DNA of 64,000 nt from Candidatus Altimarinota bacterium (GTDB taxonomy: Bacteria; Patescibacteriota; Gracilibacteria; 1-14-2-50-48-13): NCBI GenBank assembly GCA_046314355.1, contig JBKBWQ010000001.1:1024001-1088000 (forward strand), read 5' to 3'. This document shows positions 32,010 to 41,722 of this stretch, in pieces (position 1 is the stretch's first letter; every line of letters begins with the position of its first letter). The position numbers were made by a program, and so were the translations under genes. The notes below the pieces were generated by a model. It was not told the origin of the DNA. It made no database searches and was given only the letters and a program-made list of their open reading frames with translations.

Positions 32010-33293
32010 TTAGATAAAGAAAAGTGTTGCTGCTCCTACTCCAAGAATAAAGAAGAAAGCAATCAAAATAGCATTACCAAATACTTTTCCTCCAAAAATC
32101 TTAGCAATCATCATTTTGGTAAATGTATTTGTAATCATCGCAAGCACGATGGCTTTTGCTGCTACAGATGAAGAGATCGTTCCATTAAGTGCCTGCTGTG
32201 AAGCCTTGACGGCTACAGGATCCATATCTGCGAGACCTGAGAGAAAACTTACAATATATGTTCCATTTTCGCTAAAATATCTTACTGCTACTTCTGATAT
32301 AAAAGATACGAAAAGGAAAAATAATGCAAACTTAAGTGCAGGTAGAATCTGAAAAGGACTCACAAGAGTAGGTTCTTTGGCGAGCACCTTATGGCTATCC
32401 ATATACTTTTTATTGTATAGAACAAACCCTCCAATAATCAGGATACTTGTGAGCATCATTGCTCCAATCGGAAGCAGTATCGTCGGGAGGAGATCAATAT
32501 TAAAGGATGCTACCCAAAATACTACTCGAAGAAACATCATAGTTGATGCAACTATCGTTGCTATGACAAATGGAAATATTACATGAGTATTCTTTTTACT
32601 CTGTTCTGCCATAGATGATGTGGTCGCAGTGGATGATGCGATTCCTCCAAGAGCTCCCATAAGGATTATACCTTGGCTCGATCCTATTGTTTTGCTCAGA
32701 ATATACCCTACATAACTGATACCTGAAATAAGCACTACAACCTTCCAGATATCATAGAGATTTATGACATTCCATGGATCCAATGCCTGATTTGGCAGGA
32801 TCGGTAAGATTACAAATAAGATAACGGCAAATTTAAGTGTATTATAGAGTTCCTTTCTCTCAATATTATTAAAGATATTTGAAAGATAGCTTTTGGAAGA
32901 AAGGATAATTGTAGTACCAATACCCACGATTACTGCAAGTCCTGCATGATTGGTAAGACAAAGCACTCCGAGCAGAAAAGTAAGAAGTCCTGAAAGCTCT
33001 GATGTAATACCAGCATGCTTTTCTACATACAGACCATAGACATAGTAGGCAAATATAAAAAGTGCAAGTATAGAGATCCCTCCGATAATTAATGCTGGGA
33101 AATTAAATTCCATAGTCAAAAATCCAATAATTGCTCCAAAAAGAGCAAGAAGAATATGAGTTCTGACTCCACCGTAGAGTTTTCTAGGTATATGATCTTT
33201 TTCATATCCTCTCTGAACTATCTCTCGTTCAGTCCCGATAAGTCCTGCAAGAGCAGCTGCTGTAAAAAAATGAAGAAGTACCTGAAGATCCAT
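32010..33293 (-). CDS. MgtC/SapB-like membrane protein with DUF4010 domain
   Basis: GLIGTERE, GGVRTH, GITSE, LPILPN, GGIASSTATT, SGLADMD. Confidence 0.88.
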   Translation of the reverse strand: MDLQVLLHFFTAAALAGLIGTEREIVQRGYEKDHIPRKLYGGVRTHILLALFGAIIGFLTMEFNFPALIIGGISILALFIFAYYVYGLYVEKHAGITSELSGLLTFLLGVLCLTNHAGLAVIVGIGTTIILSSKSYLSNIFNNIERKELYNTLKFAVILFVILPILPNQALDPWNVINLYDIWKVVVLISGISYVGYILSKTIGSSQGIILMGALGGIASSTATTSSMAEQSKKNTHVIFPFVIATIVASTMMFLRVVFWVASFNIDLLPTILLPIGAMMLTSILIIGGFVLYNKKYMDSHKVLAKEPTLVSPFQILPALKFALFFLFVSFISEVAVRYFSENGTYIVSFLSGLADMDPVAVKASQQALNGTISSSVAAKAIVLAMITNTFTKMMIAKIFGGKVFGNAILIAFFFILGVGAATLFFI

Positions 33294-33356
33294 GAAAACA
33301 AAGAAAAAAACTATTCATCTCATTGTACCATAAAGTACTCTATAAAATCCTCTCTT

Positions 33357-34451
33357 TTATAAAAATTCTGCATACAATACTCCTTTCTTTTCTCCATGAA
33401 ATTCTTTCACAATTAATTGGAAATCTTCAAATCCTATTTCCATTGCTAGTTTTTCATATTCTATATAATCATCTTCTCTAAATTTATTTTTCACCTCAAA
33501 TGCCTGAGTTTTATTGAGTATAAAATCAATCTCTTTCCAATTTGTATGCATTGCGTACTCTAAGTGTCCATATTGCCGGAGCTGCAGAAATACCGCATTT
33601 TCAAATAGTGCTCCCTCATCTGGATGAGCAAACATCTTTAGAAGTCCTGTATCAAAAAAATATAGTTTTACCTGATCTGACTCTAGTCCTTGGTGTCTTC
33701 TTACAAGAAAAAACAGACCAGAGGCTTCAAGAAAATAGAGTATGGCTTCAAATTCTTCTTTCGTCATGTCTAGACTTAAAGATGCAAGTCCTATATCAAG
33801 AGGTTTTCCTACCCAGCGCAGTAAAAGAATAATAATACTTTTGATCTGCAAAGGAGAAATACCCGCTGTCTCCGCAAGTGTCCTTATTATTTTTCCTTCA
33901 ATCTCTTTTAAGCACATATCTTTTTCTTCGGGATTTTGTGATACTACTTCAGGCATACCTCCAAAAGTCATGTACTGCGTAAATAAAGCCTCAGCTGAAT
34001 ACATACTCTGCTTATTCAATATTTTGTTCCCATTAAGTAATTCTCGGAAGGAAAAAGGATGAAGCGTAAGAGATTCTACATTCAGAATATTCTCTGATAA
34101 TGGTGCTCTCGTAGCTGCAATGAAAGTCAAATTCTCCTTTTTATTTAAGAGAGTGTAGATCGAAGAAACATCTGCAAAATTATGAATATCATCTAACAAC
34201 ACAAGAAAATGGCGCGAACTTTGAAAGCCCACTTCTGATATTCTTTCAAGAAACAACAGTAATACCTCCCTGTCTTGTCTAGTCTTTAAAGAAAAGAACA
34301 CAACTTCCACTTTTTCTCGGTATAAGTCCATTATTATTTTCAGCAAAGTCGTTTTACCCACTCCCGGAAGACCATGAATAACTACAGACTTATTTGAAGA
34401 GAGGGATTTTTCAAGATATTTGAGAATATTCCGTTGAATGAAGGTCTGCAG
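33357..34451 (-). CDS. AAA_14/DUF4143 family ATP-binding protein
   Basis: Walker A HGLPGVGKTT (begins upstream of the called GTG), LLDDIH, YMTFGGMPE, KLYFFDTGL, GALFENAVF, EIDF; start proposed at CTG 34451. Confidence 0.8.
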   Translation of the reverse strand: MQTFIQRNILKYLEKSLSSNKSVVIHGLPGVGKTTLLKIIMDLYREKVEVVFFSLKTRQDREVLLLFLERISEVGFQSSRHFLVLLDDIHNFADVSSIYTLLNKKENLTFIAATRAPLSENILNVESLTLHPFSFRELLNGNKILNKQSMYSAEALFTQYMTFGGMPEVVSQNPEEKDMCLKEIEGKIIRTLAETAGISPLQIKSIIILLLRWVGKPLDIGLASLSLDMTKEEFEAILYFLEASGLFFLVRRHQGLESDQVKLYFFDTGLLKMFAHPDEGALFENAVFLQLRQYGHLEYAMHTNWKEIDFILNKTQAFEVKNKFREDDYIEYEKLAMEIGFEDFQLIVKEFHGEKKGVLYAEFL

Positions 34452-34617
34452 ATCATTACGAAAAAGAAATAATATAGATCATTGTACTTGATATAACAAA
34501 AATGAAAAGCTCTCTCATCCTTGAGTATATGAAGTGACAAATGTATAAGCTGTCATGAGTAAATTCTCGCTTATTGTAGGATTTTACATATAATTCACTA
34601 AAAATTAACCCTCCGGC

Positions 34618-35721
34618 ATGTTCAAAGTTAGGTATCCAGCATCTTTTCTACTGATGATAGTTCTATGTTGTTTTTCCTTTACATATATTCCTCATGCAAA
34701 TGCTATAATCATATTCTCAAATGATGTATTTAAGAACGATTCGGATACATTTATAATAGATGGTGATGGAAGCTCCTCCACTTCTGTAACTTTACAGTTT
34801 GGAAGCAATACGGATAACTATCTCTCATGGCAAATACCTGCAGATCAATTTTATCTCAGTAATGACCTCGCAGTAGCGGGTAATATTCATCTTGAAGGAA
34901 ATAGCGTCGTTTTAAACTCTACGAATGCAAATACTATTCCTGCTCATATTGTAGCATATCAAGATGGTACTAATAATGGAGAAATACGCTATAATACCGT
35001 CACCAACCAATGGGAAATTAGTAATAATGGAGGGAAATTTAACCCGATTTCAAATACCCGTTTATTATCTTATGTAGACGAAGAGTTTTCACGGGACCGA
35101 GCTAATATTACCTCAGATGGAAATCAGGTATGGGGAGACATGCAGTCCTTTGGGCTTGATGAAGCAAATAACTGCACGTTTAGTGTTCTAGATGATGAGG
35201 TAGGTGGTATCGGAAGAATTGCGACCTCTAATAATGCTATAAATAATTGTCTTGCCTATCATTCTAATGCAACAGGAAATGCCCAGCTTATATTTCAAAT
35301 AGATACTCTCTACAGTATCATTGCAAAAGTGCGACCATCGGAAGCGAATGCTAATACTAACTTTTTTGTAGGTATCAGTGATACTGCATCTGCTGCAAAT
35401 ATCCCAAATAATGGTATTTATTTCACAAATAGTGAAGGAAATTGGATAGGAGTTACTCGTGCAAACGGTATTTCTACTGAGATTGCATGTAATAAATCAA
35501 TTTCCACTTCAGAATTTTCTCTTGTTCGTATCAAAATTGATGCTTCAAATAGCATATCCTTCTATATAGACAGTGATCTTTCAGATACTGAAAATATGGA
35601 GCTTTGCGGTACTTCATCTACAAATATTCCTACAGAAAAACTCAGCTCTTTCCTTAAACTAGGATCTAACGCAACTAATAGATTTTTTGACATAGATTTC
35701 TACAGAGTATGGGCATATTAA
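34618..35721 (+). CDS. secreted beta-rich protein (possible lectin/LamG-like C-terminus)
   Basis: Signal peptide ending ANA; N/S/T-rich; ends DIDFYRVW. Confidence 0.55.
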   Translation: MFKVRYPASFLLMIVLCCFSFTYIPHANAIIIFSNDVFKNDSDTFIIDGDGSSSTSVTLQFGSNTDNYLSWQIPADQFYLSNDLAVAGNIHLEGNSVVLNSTNANTIPAHIVAYQDGTNNGEIRYNTVTNQWEISNNGGKFNPISNTRLLSYVDEEFSRDRANITSDGNQVWGDMQSFGLDEANNCTFSVLDDEVGGIGRIATSNNAINNCLAYHSNATGNAQLIFQIDTLYSIIAKVRPSEANANTNFFVGISDTASAANIPNNGIYFTNSEGNWIGVTRANGISTEIACNKSISTSEFSLVRIKIDASNSISFYIDSDLSDTENMELCGTSSTNIPTEKLSSFLKLGSNATNRFFDIDFYRVWAY

Positions 35722-35723
35722 TT

Positions 35724-35969
35724 TTATTCATGCCACTTCATCTTCATATAGACATTGCCAGCTTTCAGCTCTGAGAGCATTTGATCAAGACGCTTTTGCT
35801 TCGTCTCCTCACGTACTCCACGCGTTATCCAGCTTATATAATCATTTTGCTGATATGAAGGGCGTGCTTTGTAAAGATCTACTACTTTATGTTCAATAAG
35901 TGCTTTTTCAATGTATACAGGCACTTCATTAGGTTCTCTTTTGAGATTTTTCGAGACAGTAATTTTCAT
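35724..35969 (-). CDS. YdeI/OmpD-associated family protein
   Basis: YKARPSYQQNDYISWITRGVREETKQKRLDQMLSELKAG. Confidence 0.8.
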   Translation of the reverse strand: MKITVSKNLKREPNEVPVYIEKALIEHKVVDLYKARPSYQQNDYISWITRGVREETKQKRLDQMLSELKAGNVYMKMKWHE

Positions 35970-35973
35970 ATGT

Positions 35974-36870
35974 CTATGATGTAAGAATAGAAATAATCTC
36001 TTTTCTTGCCTTTTTTGATTCAGGAAAGAAGAGAAGCGGCCAGTTATGAACCATATAATGATATTCATGATAACCGATATTTACCTTCGCTACCTTACAT
36101 TTCTCAACAAATTTCCTGCAGTCTGGTAAACAGAGTTCATGGGTCCCTACAAAAAGATCAATCTGCGGGAGTCCTTTCATATTGCCATAAAGAGGACTCA
36201 CTAAGTAGTAAGATGCTTCTACATCACCAGCATACACTGATCCTATCTCTCTTGTACCAGGGATAGCAAGTATTGGATCCAAAGATTCTATTGGATACAT
36301 ATCAGGATTACTGACAGTCATATCCACAGATGGAGAAAGGGCAACAATTCTTGCAGGCTGGGCGATACTTCTTTCAGTGAGTAGCTGTGAAAGAGCAAGA
36401 GCAATAGAAGCTCCTGATGAATCTCCCATCAAAATCAGATTATTTTTATCGGATTCATGAAGGGTTTTTTCATATAACGGCACCAGTATTTCAAATACAT
36501 CCTTGTAAGAGTAGTCAGGAGCGAGAGGATACATGGGAAGAATAATCCTATATCCAGTATGGTTTATCAAGTATTTCAAAAATCTCCAGTGCAATTGGGA
36601 TATTTCCGCGACATAGCCTCCTCCATAGAGATAAAAGATCGTTTTAGAATATTTTTTATTCTTTGGTTCTAAAACAAAGTAAGTATGATTCTTTATTGTT
36701 TCTTTCTTCCATTGGATTGACCAGCTCACATCCAAGGGTGGCTCACATTTATGTATATCTTGAATAGCCTCAATACAATTCCACAGCTCAGATCCTGTCA
36801 ATTGATAGAGTCTATTATAGTGAATGAATTTTAGAAATGATTTTGTAAGACGGCTTTGGATACTTTCCAT
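35974..36870 (-). CDS. alpha/beta hydrolase (HSL-like esterase)
   Basis: YGGG oxyanion motif, YPLAP, GDSSG nucleophile, catalytic His in MVHNW. Confidence 0.9.
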   Translation of the reverse strand: MESIQSRLTKSFLKFIHYNRLYQLTGSELWNCIEAIQDIHKCEPPLDVSWSIQWKKETIKNHTYFVLEPKNKKYSKTIFYLYGGGYVAEISQLHWRFLKYLINHTGYRIILPMYPLAPDYSYKDVFEILVPLYEKTLHESDKNNLILMGDSSGASIALALSQLLTERSIAQPARIVALSPSVDMTVSNPDMYPIESLDPILAIPGTREIGSVYAGDVEASYYLVSPLYGNMKGLPQIDLFVGTHELCLPDCRKFVEKCKVAKVNIGYHEYHYMVHNWPLLFFPESKKARKEIISILTS

Positions 36871-36949
36871 AATATGAGGTTATTCTCAGATACATTAGTC
36901 TACTAATAAAAAGACTTCATGGCAAGAATGCCTCAAATATTGATTTAGA

Positions 36950-36986
36950 ATGGCTTGCCATTCGTAGCTCCGTCGAGGAACGAAGA
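36950..36986 (-). repeat. REP-like hairpin downstream of the tRNA 3' end
   Basis: Minus strand cttcgttcctcgacggagctacgaatggcaagcc follows the CCA end; resembles CTTCG..GCTACG..GGCAAGCC tRNA-associated repeats. Confidence 0.4.
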
Positions 36987-36987
36987 C

Positions 36988-37033
36988 TGGAGCCGCCACG
37001 GAGGATTGAACTCCGGGCCTCGTCCTTACCAAG
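36988..37033 (-). pseudogene. 3' half of host tRNA-Thr(GGT), displaced by integration (att junction)
   Basis: Minus strand CTTGGTAAGGACGAGGCCCGGAGTTCAATCCTCCGTGGCGGCTCCA: intact T-arm, acceptor 3' strand and CCA. Confidence 0.9.
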
Positions 37034-37299
37034 TATAGAAGATAAAGAGAGAGTATAGATAGTGGCTCTGAAAGATACTAAGGATTAACTGAACATCAAA
37101 ATGTGTCATCGTGCTGGAGGACCACATCCAAGAATGAATGCATAGATGTTATCTTTTATGCAAAAATACTCAAGTTTTATTAAGAAGTGTTAGAATCAAG
37201 GGTAGTATTAATAACTACCATAATTGAATAGAGGAGCTACTTTTATGTTGTATCCTTCCTTTTTTCTTGCTACTATTCAACATATTTTTTATTCACTTT

Positions 37300-37491
37300 A
37301 TGGAATTTCTGCAAAACTTATTAAATGGTAACGAAGGAGTAATTGCCTTTTGCGGCATAATAATAACATTATTAGCTGGTGCTGGAGTTGTATGGTACTT
37401 GAAAAATAAACAAACTATAAAAAGTGGTAAAAAAAGTATAAATCAGCAAACCAATGTAGGAAATAATATAAATTCAGGAAATATTAAGTAA
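37300..37491 (+). CDS. 63-aa single-TM protein with C-terminal Q/N/S/G (amyloid-like) motif; putative effector
   Basis: TM VIAFCGIIITLLAGAGVVWYL followed by KQTIKSGKKSINQQTNVGNNIN; its stop overlaps the next start (TAATG). Confidence 0.75.
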   Translation: MEFLQNLLNGNEGVIAFCGIIITLLAGAGVVWYLKNKQTIKSGKKSINQQTNVGNNINSGNIK

Positions 37492-38054
37492 TGATATTCT
37501 CAAAACAATCCTCAGTATCAGGCGAAGGTTCCTTGACTCAACAAACTCAACAAGGGGACAATTATAGTTATAATAATTGTACCTTTTCTGGCGATGTAAA
37601 ACACGAACAAGAGGATTATGGAATAATTCAAGAAATTTTAGTTTATGCTTTAAGCAATATATCTGAAGGAGAAAATCCAATTGATGGTTACCTAAAGCTT
37701 AGAGATAAGATACAGCTAAATTTTCCTTCAGAAGATGAGCAAAAAATAGTAAATCAATATTTGACATGTGCATATATAAAATATCCGGCAATACAAGAGC
37801 AAATCAAATTGGCAGGTCCAGAAGTTGAGATACAGCTTCAAACACATATCTTTAGATTATATAGAAAATTATTTAAGGAAGGAAAAAATAATATTGATAT
37901 ACTTGAAGAGCTTTTTGACAATTTTGTATTGGTTGGAAAAAAACAGAACCCTGCTTATACTCAGATTGCTCAAGCATTTGTATTATTCTTCTTTGATGAC
38001 TGTACAATTTTTGAAAAAACTCCTCAGGATCAGCAATTAACTTTAAGTATGTAG
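37491..38054 (+). CDS. ABC-three-component (Lamassu LmuA-like) C-terminal-domain protein without an enzymatic effector
   Basis: KIQLNF and C-terminal FFFDDCTIFEK typical of ABC-3C CTDs; the N-terminus is only the ~30-aa motif KQSSVSGEGSLTQQTQQGDNY. Confidence 0.7.
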   Translation: MIFSKQSSVSGEGSLTQQTQQGDNYSYNNCTFSGDVKHEQEDYGIIQEILVYALSNISEGENPIDGYLKLRDKIQLNFPSEDEQKIVNQYLTCAYIKYPAIQEQIKLAGPEVEIQLQTHIFRLYRKLFKEGKNNIDILEELFDNFVLVGKKQNPAYTQIAQAFVLFFFDDCTIFEKTPQDQQLTLSM

Positions 38055-38055
38055 T

Positions 38056-38292
38056 ATGCTTATTCCATCAAAACATGAAGCACTTTCAAATAATACTTTA
38101 GTACTAGGCGCTCTAGTACTAAAAAAGATTAAAAAAGATACTTTTAATATTGAAGATCTATTTCAAAATCTCATCAAGTCAAATCTCATTTCACTTGATG
38201 ATTATTACGATACCCTTTCTTTTTTATGGTGTGCTGATTTGATTGAAGTTAAAAAATTACAAATAATCTTAAAAGAGAATGTTATTGCATAA
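38056..38292 (+). CDS. ABC-three-component middle component (LmuC-like)
   Basis: 78 aa, MLIPSKH..LVLGALVLK..IEDLF..DTLSFLW..DLIE pattern; lies between the CTD and ABC genes. Confidence 0.75.
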   Translation: MLIPSKHEALSNNTLVLGALVLKKIKKDTFNIEDLFQNLIKSNLISLDDYYDTLSFLWCADLIEVKKLQIILKENVIA

Positions 38293-40057
38293 ATTATATT
38301 TAGAACCACAAAGTTATTTTGAACCAATTGAGTTTAAATTGGGGTTTAATTTTATATATGCAAAGAAAGATCAAGCATCTGATAAAAAGAAATCACTAAA
38401 CGGAGTAGGAAAATCGTTATTATTAAACTTAATTGATTTTTGTCTACTTTCTTCAGAGACTGAGCATATTAAATCAGCAAAAAAGAATAATAACTTAGTA
38501 GGACACTATGTGGTACTAGAGTTTAGTGTTAATGGTGAGAATTATATTATTAAACGACCTTTCTATAAACCTAATCAATCTATTTTCTTTGGAAAGATTA
38601 ATGAAGAGTTATTAGAATATAAACACTCAGATGTACACAGAAACCTATCTCAGATGCTCTGTGATTTGATTTTTAAAACACCATATACAGGAAAATACTC
38701 AAATACATGGCTTAGAAAGTTGATGCCATTTTTCATGAAAATTCAATCAGGAAAAAATAAAGTTAACTTTAAGGATCCTATTAACTATCTGAGCTCAACA
38801 AAGGAAATGGAGCTTATTTCCTATCACTTATTTTTGTTAGGTATCGATAATAGCCTTTTTTTTAAGAACTTTGAAGTTATGTCCTTGCTTAAAGAAAAAA
38901 TACCCGCACTAGGGCAGGTAAAATCTTTGGTAACTGAATCATATGAGTTAGATGTTGATCAAGCTGAAAATGAAATCACAAAACTTAGGGGACAAATAAA
39001 AAAATTTGAAGATCAAATTGAAAAATTTAAACTAGCTAAACAGTATGAGAATGTTGAACAAGAAAGTAATGCTCTTACTGGGGAAATAAAGAAGTTACTT
39101 TTTGAGAACTATCAAACAAAGAAAAAAATTGAATCATATGAAGCAAGCTTTACTATTGATAACCATATCAATGTTACGAAAATTGCAAATGCATATAAGG
39201 ATTTAAATAAGCTATTAGCGGAAAATATTAAGAAGACACTAAATGAAGCAATTGCATTTCGTAAAAGCCTTGCTGAATCTAGAAAAGAATTTTTACGAGC
39301 AGAAATTAATGCTCTATTATTAGAATTGAAAGATAGAGAAGATCGTATGACAAAATTAGAGGAAGAAAGAGCTAGATTATTTCGTTTTCTTGATGCAGAC
39401 AAAGCAATTAATGAGTTGTCAGAAGCTTATTTAAATTTAGGTGAAAAGAAAACATACTTAGGAAAGATGGAAGGCACAATGAGAATTTATAGAGATCTCA
39501 AACGTGAAATTGCTGACCTAAATGCAAATGCTAATCAAATTTATGCAGAGATAGAAAGCCTCATGGATACTATTCAAATAACTTTAGATAGTTTTCGTTC
39601 ATTGTTCTTTGAAGTTCATGATGCTATATATACCGAAAACCCAGATCAGGCACAATTTATATTTAATACAAATCCTAAAAAAGACTCTAAATTAAATATT
39701 AACGTAGAATTACCCTCTGAGTTAGCATACGGAAAAAATAGAGGACGAACCTTAGTATATGATATCACCGTATTACTTCATCTAGTACAACAAAATATTA
39801 ATGCCCCTCATTTCTTAGTACATGACGGGATCTTTGATGGTATAGATAGATCACATTTTATTGCGCTCTATAATTATTTATCTACTAAGACCAAGGATTC
39901 TCAATTTCAATACATAATCACCTTTAATCAAGAAGGTACCGTAAAGGATCTAGATTTTGGTGAAGGTGCTGAAGAACTCACTACAAGACGCATTGAACAT
40001 GAAGCAATTATTACTTTGTCATCATCTAAACCTTTATTTGGGCATAAATGGAAGTAA
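38279..40057 (+). CDS. SMC-like ABC ATPase, DUF2326 family (Lamassu LmuB-like)
   Basis: Walker A NGVGKS, long coiled coil, degenerate signature YGKNRGR..YD, Walker B FLVHDG, QYIIT. Confidence 0.85.
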   Translation: MLLHKLYLEPQSYFEPIEFKLGFNFIYAKKDQASDKKKSLNGVGKSLLLNLIDFCLLSSETEHIKSAKKNNNLVGHYVVLEFSVNGENYIIKRPFYKPNQSIFFGKINEELLEYKHSDVHRNLSQMLCDLIFKTPYTGKYSNTWLRKLMPFFMKIQSGKNKVNFKDPINYLSSTKEMELISYHLFLLGIDNSLFFKNFEVMSLLKEKIPALGQVKSLVTESYELDVDQAENEITKLRGQIKKFEDQIEKFKLAKQYENVEQESNALTGEIKKLLFENYQTKKKIESYEASFTIDNHINVTKIANAYKDLNKLLAENIKKTLNEAIAFRKSLAESRKEFLRAEINALLLELKDREDRMTKLEEERARLFRFLDADKAINELSEAYLNLGEKKTYLGKMEGTMRIYRDLKREIADLNANANQIYAEIESLMDTIQITLDSFRSLFFEVHDAIYTENPDQAQFIFNTNPKKDSKLNINVELPSELAYGKNRGRTLVYDITVLLHLVQQNINAPHFLVHDGIFDGIDRSHFIALYNYLSTKTKDSQFQYIITFNQEGTVKDLDFGEGAEELTTRRIEHEAIITLSSSKPLFGHKWK

Positions 40058-40147
40058 CAACATACTCTATGGATAGATTTCAGTATATTCCTTAATATAC
40101 AAGTTGAGATATTAATATTCAGTCATGTAAGAGAACAGTATATGAAA

Positions 40148-40897
40148 TTATTGTGTTATGATGCAGGCTCGTGTTGAACCGTAGACACACTCTTGCTTAA
40201 GGTAGTCATAATACATAGGGCGAACTACAAGTGCGTAGAGAATACTCAATGTGATAATGACGCCGCAAATAAATACCCATAATGGTACAACTCGTTTTTT
40301 GTTAATGACAGATATCTTCTTAATTAAATCCTGAGACTTTGCTTTTAATTGAGGTAGTAAAGGAGGTTGACTCTTCTCTTCAGCAATAGGAATATTATTT
40401 TTTGCATAGTATGGATGTCGTAGACAGAAAATACTTCCTATAACTATCGCTATGTTAATTGCTCCTATGGGTCCACCGCCAGTGATAACAGTCCGAATAC
40501 ATTGATAGGCTATACTTAGCTTTAGAAATATTCTACTTCTCTTTCTGGTTATAAAAACTCCAACAATATCTAAAACAAAGAATGCTGTAGTAATCACAAT
40601 AAAGGTTGTCTTTGAACTTTCAGATATTCCTTTAAGATTTTGAAAAAAGTAAAGTCCTACAGCAAGTGTTAATATTCCAGAAATAAGGTAGGCAATACTC
40701 GTAAAAGTAGCTATACCCGGTAGAGTATTTTCATCTATGATTTTCTCCTCTTCTTTCTTTTTCTGAAATTCTTGGTTAATTTTCGATGCTGTTTCTTGAT
40801 TATATTCTTCACCTTTCATTTCTTCTCCACATTTCTGGCAGTATTGGTACTCATAGCTCTGTACATTGCCGCAGTGTAAGCATTTTTCTTCTTTCAT
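40148..40897 (-). CDS. membrane protein with N-terminal zinc ribbon
   Basis: CLHC..CQKC followed by about 5 TM helices. Confidence 0.7.
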   Translation of the reverse strand: MKEEKCLHCGNVQSYEYQYCQKCGEEMKGEEYNQETASKINQEFQKKKEEEKIIDENTLPGIATFTSIAYLISGILTLAVGLYFFQNLKGISESSKTTFIVITTAFFVLDIVGVFITRKRSRIFLKLSIAYQCIRTVITGGGPIGAINIAIVIGSIFCLRHPYYAKNNIPIAEEKSQPPLLPQLKAKSQDLIKKISVINKKRVVPLWVFICGVIITLSILYALVVRPMYYDYLKQECVYGSTRACIITQ

Positions 40898-40937
40898 AAA
40901 GTAGTTGATAAATAAGTAATTCAGCTAACCTATATTC

Positions 40938-41519
40938 CTAAAATAATTTCTGTGAATCATTTAAATTTGCTTCAAGAGCATCAGGTGACATATTGGCACG
41001 GAAATTCTCATCTTGCTTACACTTATGAGACGCATAGAGAAGATAAGCTCCTCCAAGTAAAAGAGTAATCAGTAGACCTATAGATTCTGTAATTCTTTGA
41101 TTTTCAAAAGAATCATTAAACTCTGAGTATGTACGTATGAGACCAAATATTCCTATCACGCACAGTACACACCATATAGCCTGAAGAACGAATGAAACAT
41201 TAGCCCATACATATCTTGTTCTGAAAAAACCTCGTGCTAATAATCCAAACACTACTGTAGCCGATAATGTTCCAATCATGTTCCAAACGTAAACTTCAAG
41301 TTTTGTGAGTATTCTCGAGGAAAGATCTACATTTTTAGGAAGAAAATTCCATTCTATTTGAACCTCTTTTCCTATATTAAAAAATATCCAAAGAAGGGAG
41401 AGAAAACTTATGATAGCAATTATCATATATACTATTCCCACTATTTTTGCCTCAATAGGAAGGGTCTTGAACTGTCTTCTCGCTGTTTTCGTTTCTGATG
41501 CTTTGAGGGTACTTGTCAT
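40938..41519 (-). CDS. hypothetical membrane protein (4 TM)
   Basis: Four hydrophobic helices; ATG at 41519. Confidence 0.7.
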   Translation of the reverse strand: MTSTLKASETKTARRQFKTLPIEAKIVGIVYMIIAIISFLSLLWIFFNIGKEVQIEWNFLPKNVDLSSRILTKLEVYVWNMIGTLSATVVFGLLARGFFRTRYVWANVSFVLQAIWCVLCVIGIFGLIRTYSEFNDSFENQRITESIGLLITLLLGGAYLLYASHKCKQDENFRANMSPDALEANLNDSQKLF

Positions 41520-41566
41520 AAAAAAACCTGTAAGAAATAATATACAGGATTGGTAGGATAGCAAAA

Positions 41567-41716
41567 GCGGGACTACCTCGCCTGGCTACCCGTTCTTACT
41601 TTGCATTACACAAAGCAGTTTACGGCAGGGAGATAGCCCCACCTGTGGTGTAAACTGTTGTGTATGCACGGACGAATAATCGTCGTGAATGCGATTTGTA
41701 AGTAAAAACGGGTAGC
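41567..41716 (-). ncRNA. structured leader RNA / riboregulator candidate
   Basis: Nested inverted repeats (41585-41600 with 41701-41716, plus inner stems); starts ~7 nt after a promoter. Confidence 0.55.
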
Positions 41717-41722
41717 ACAAAC

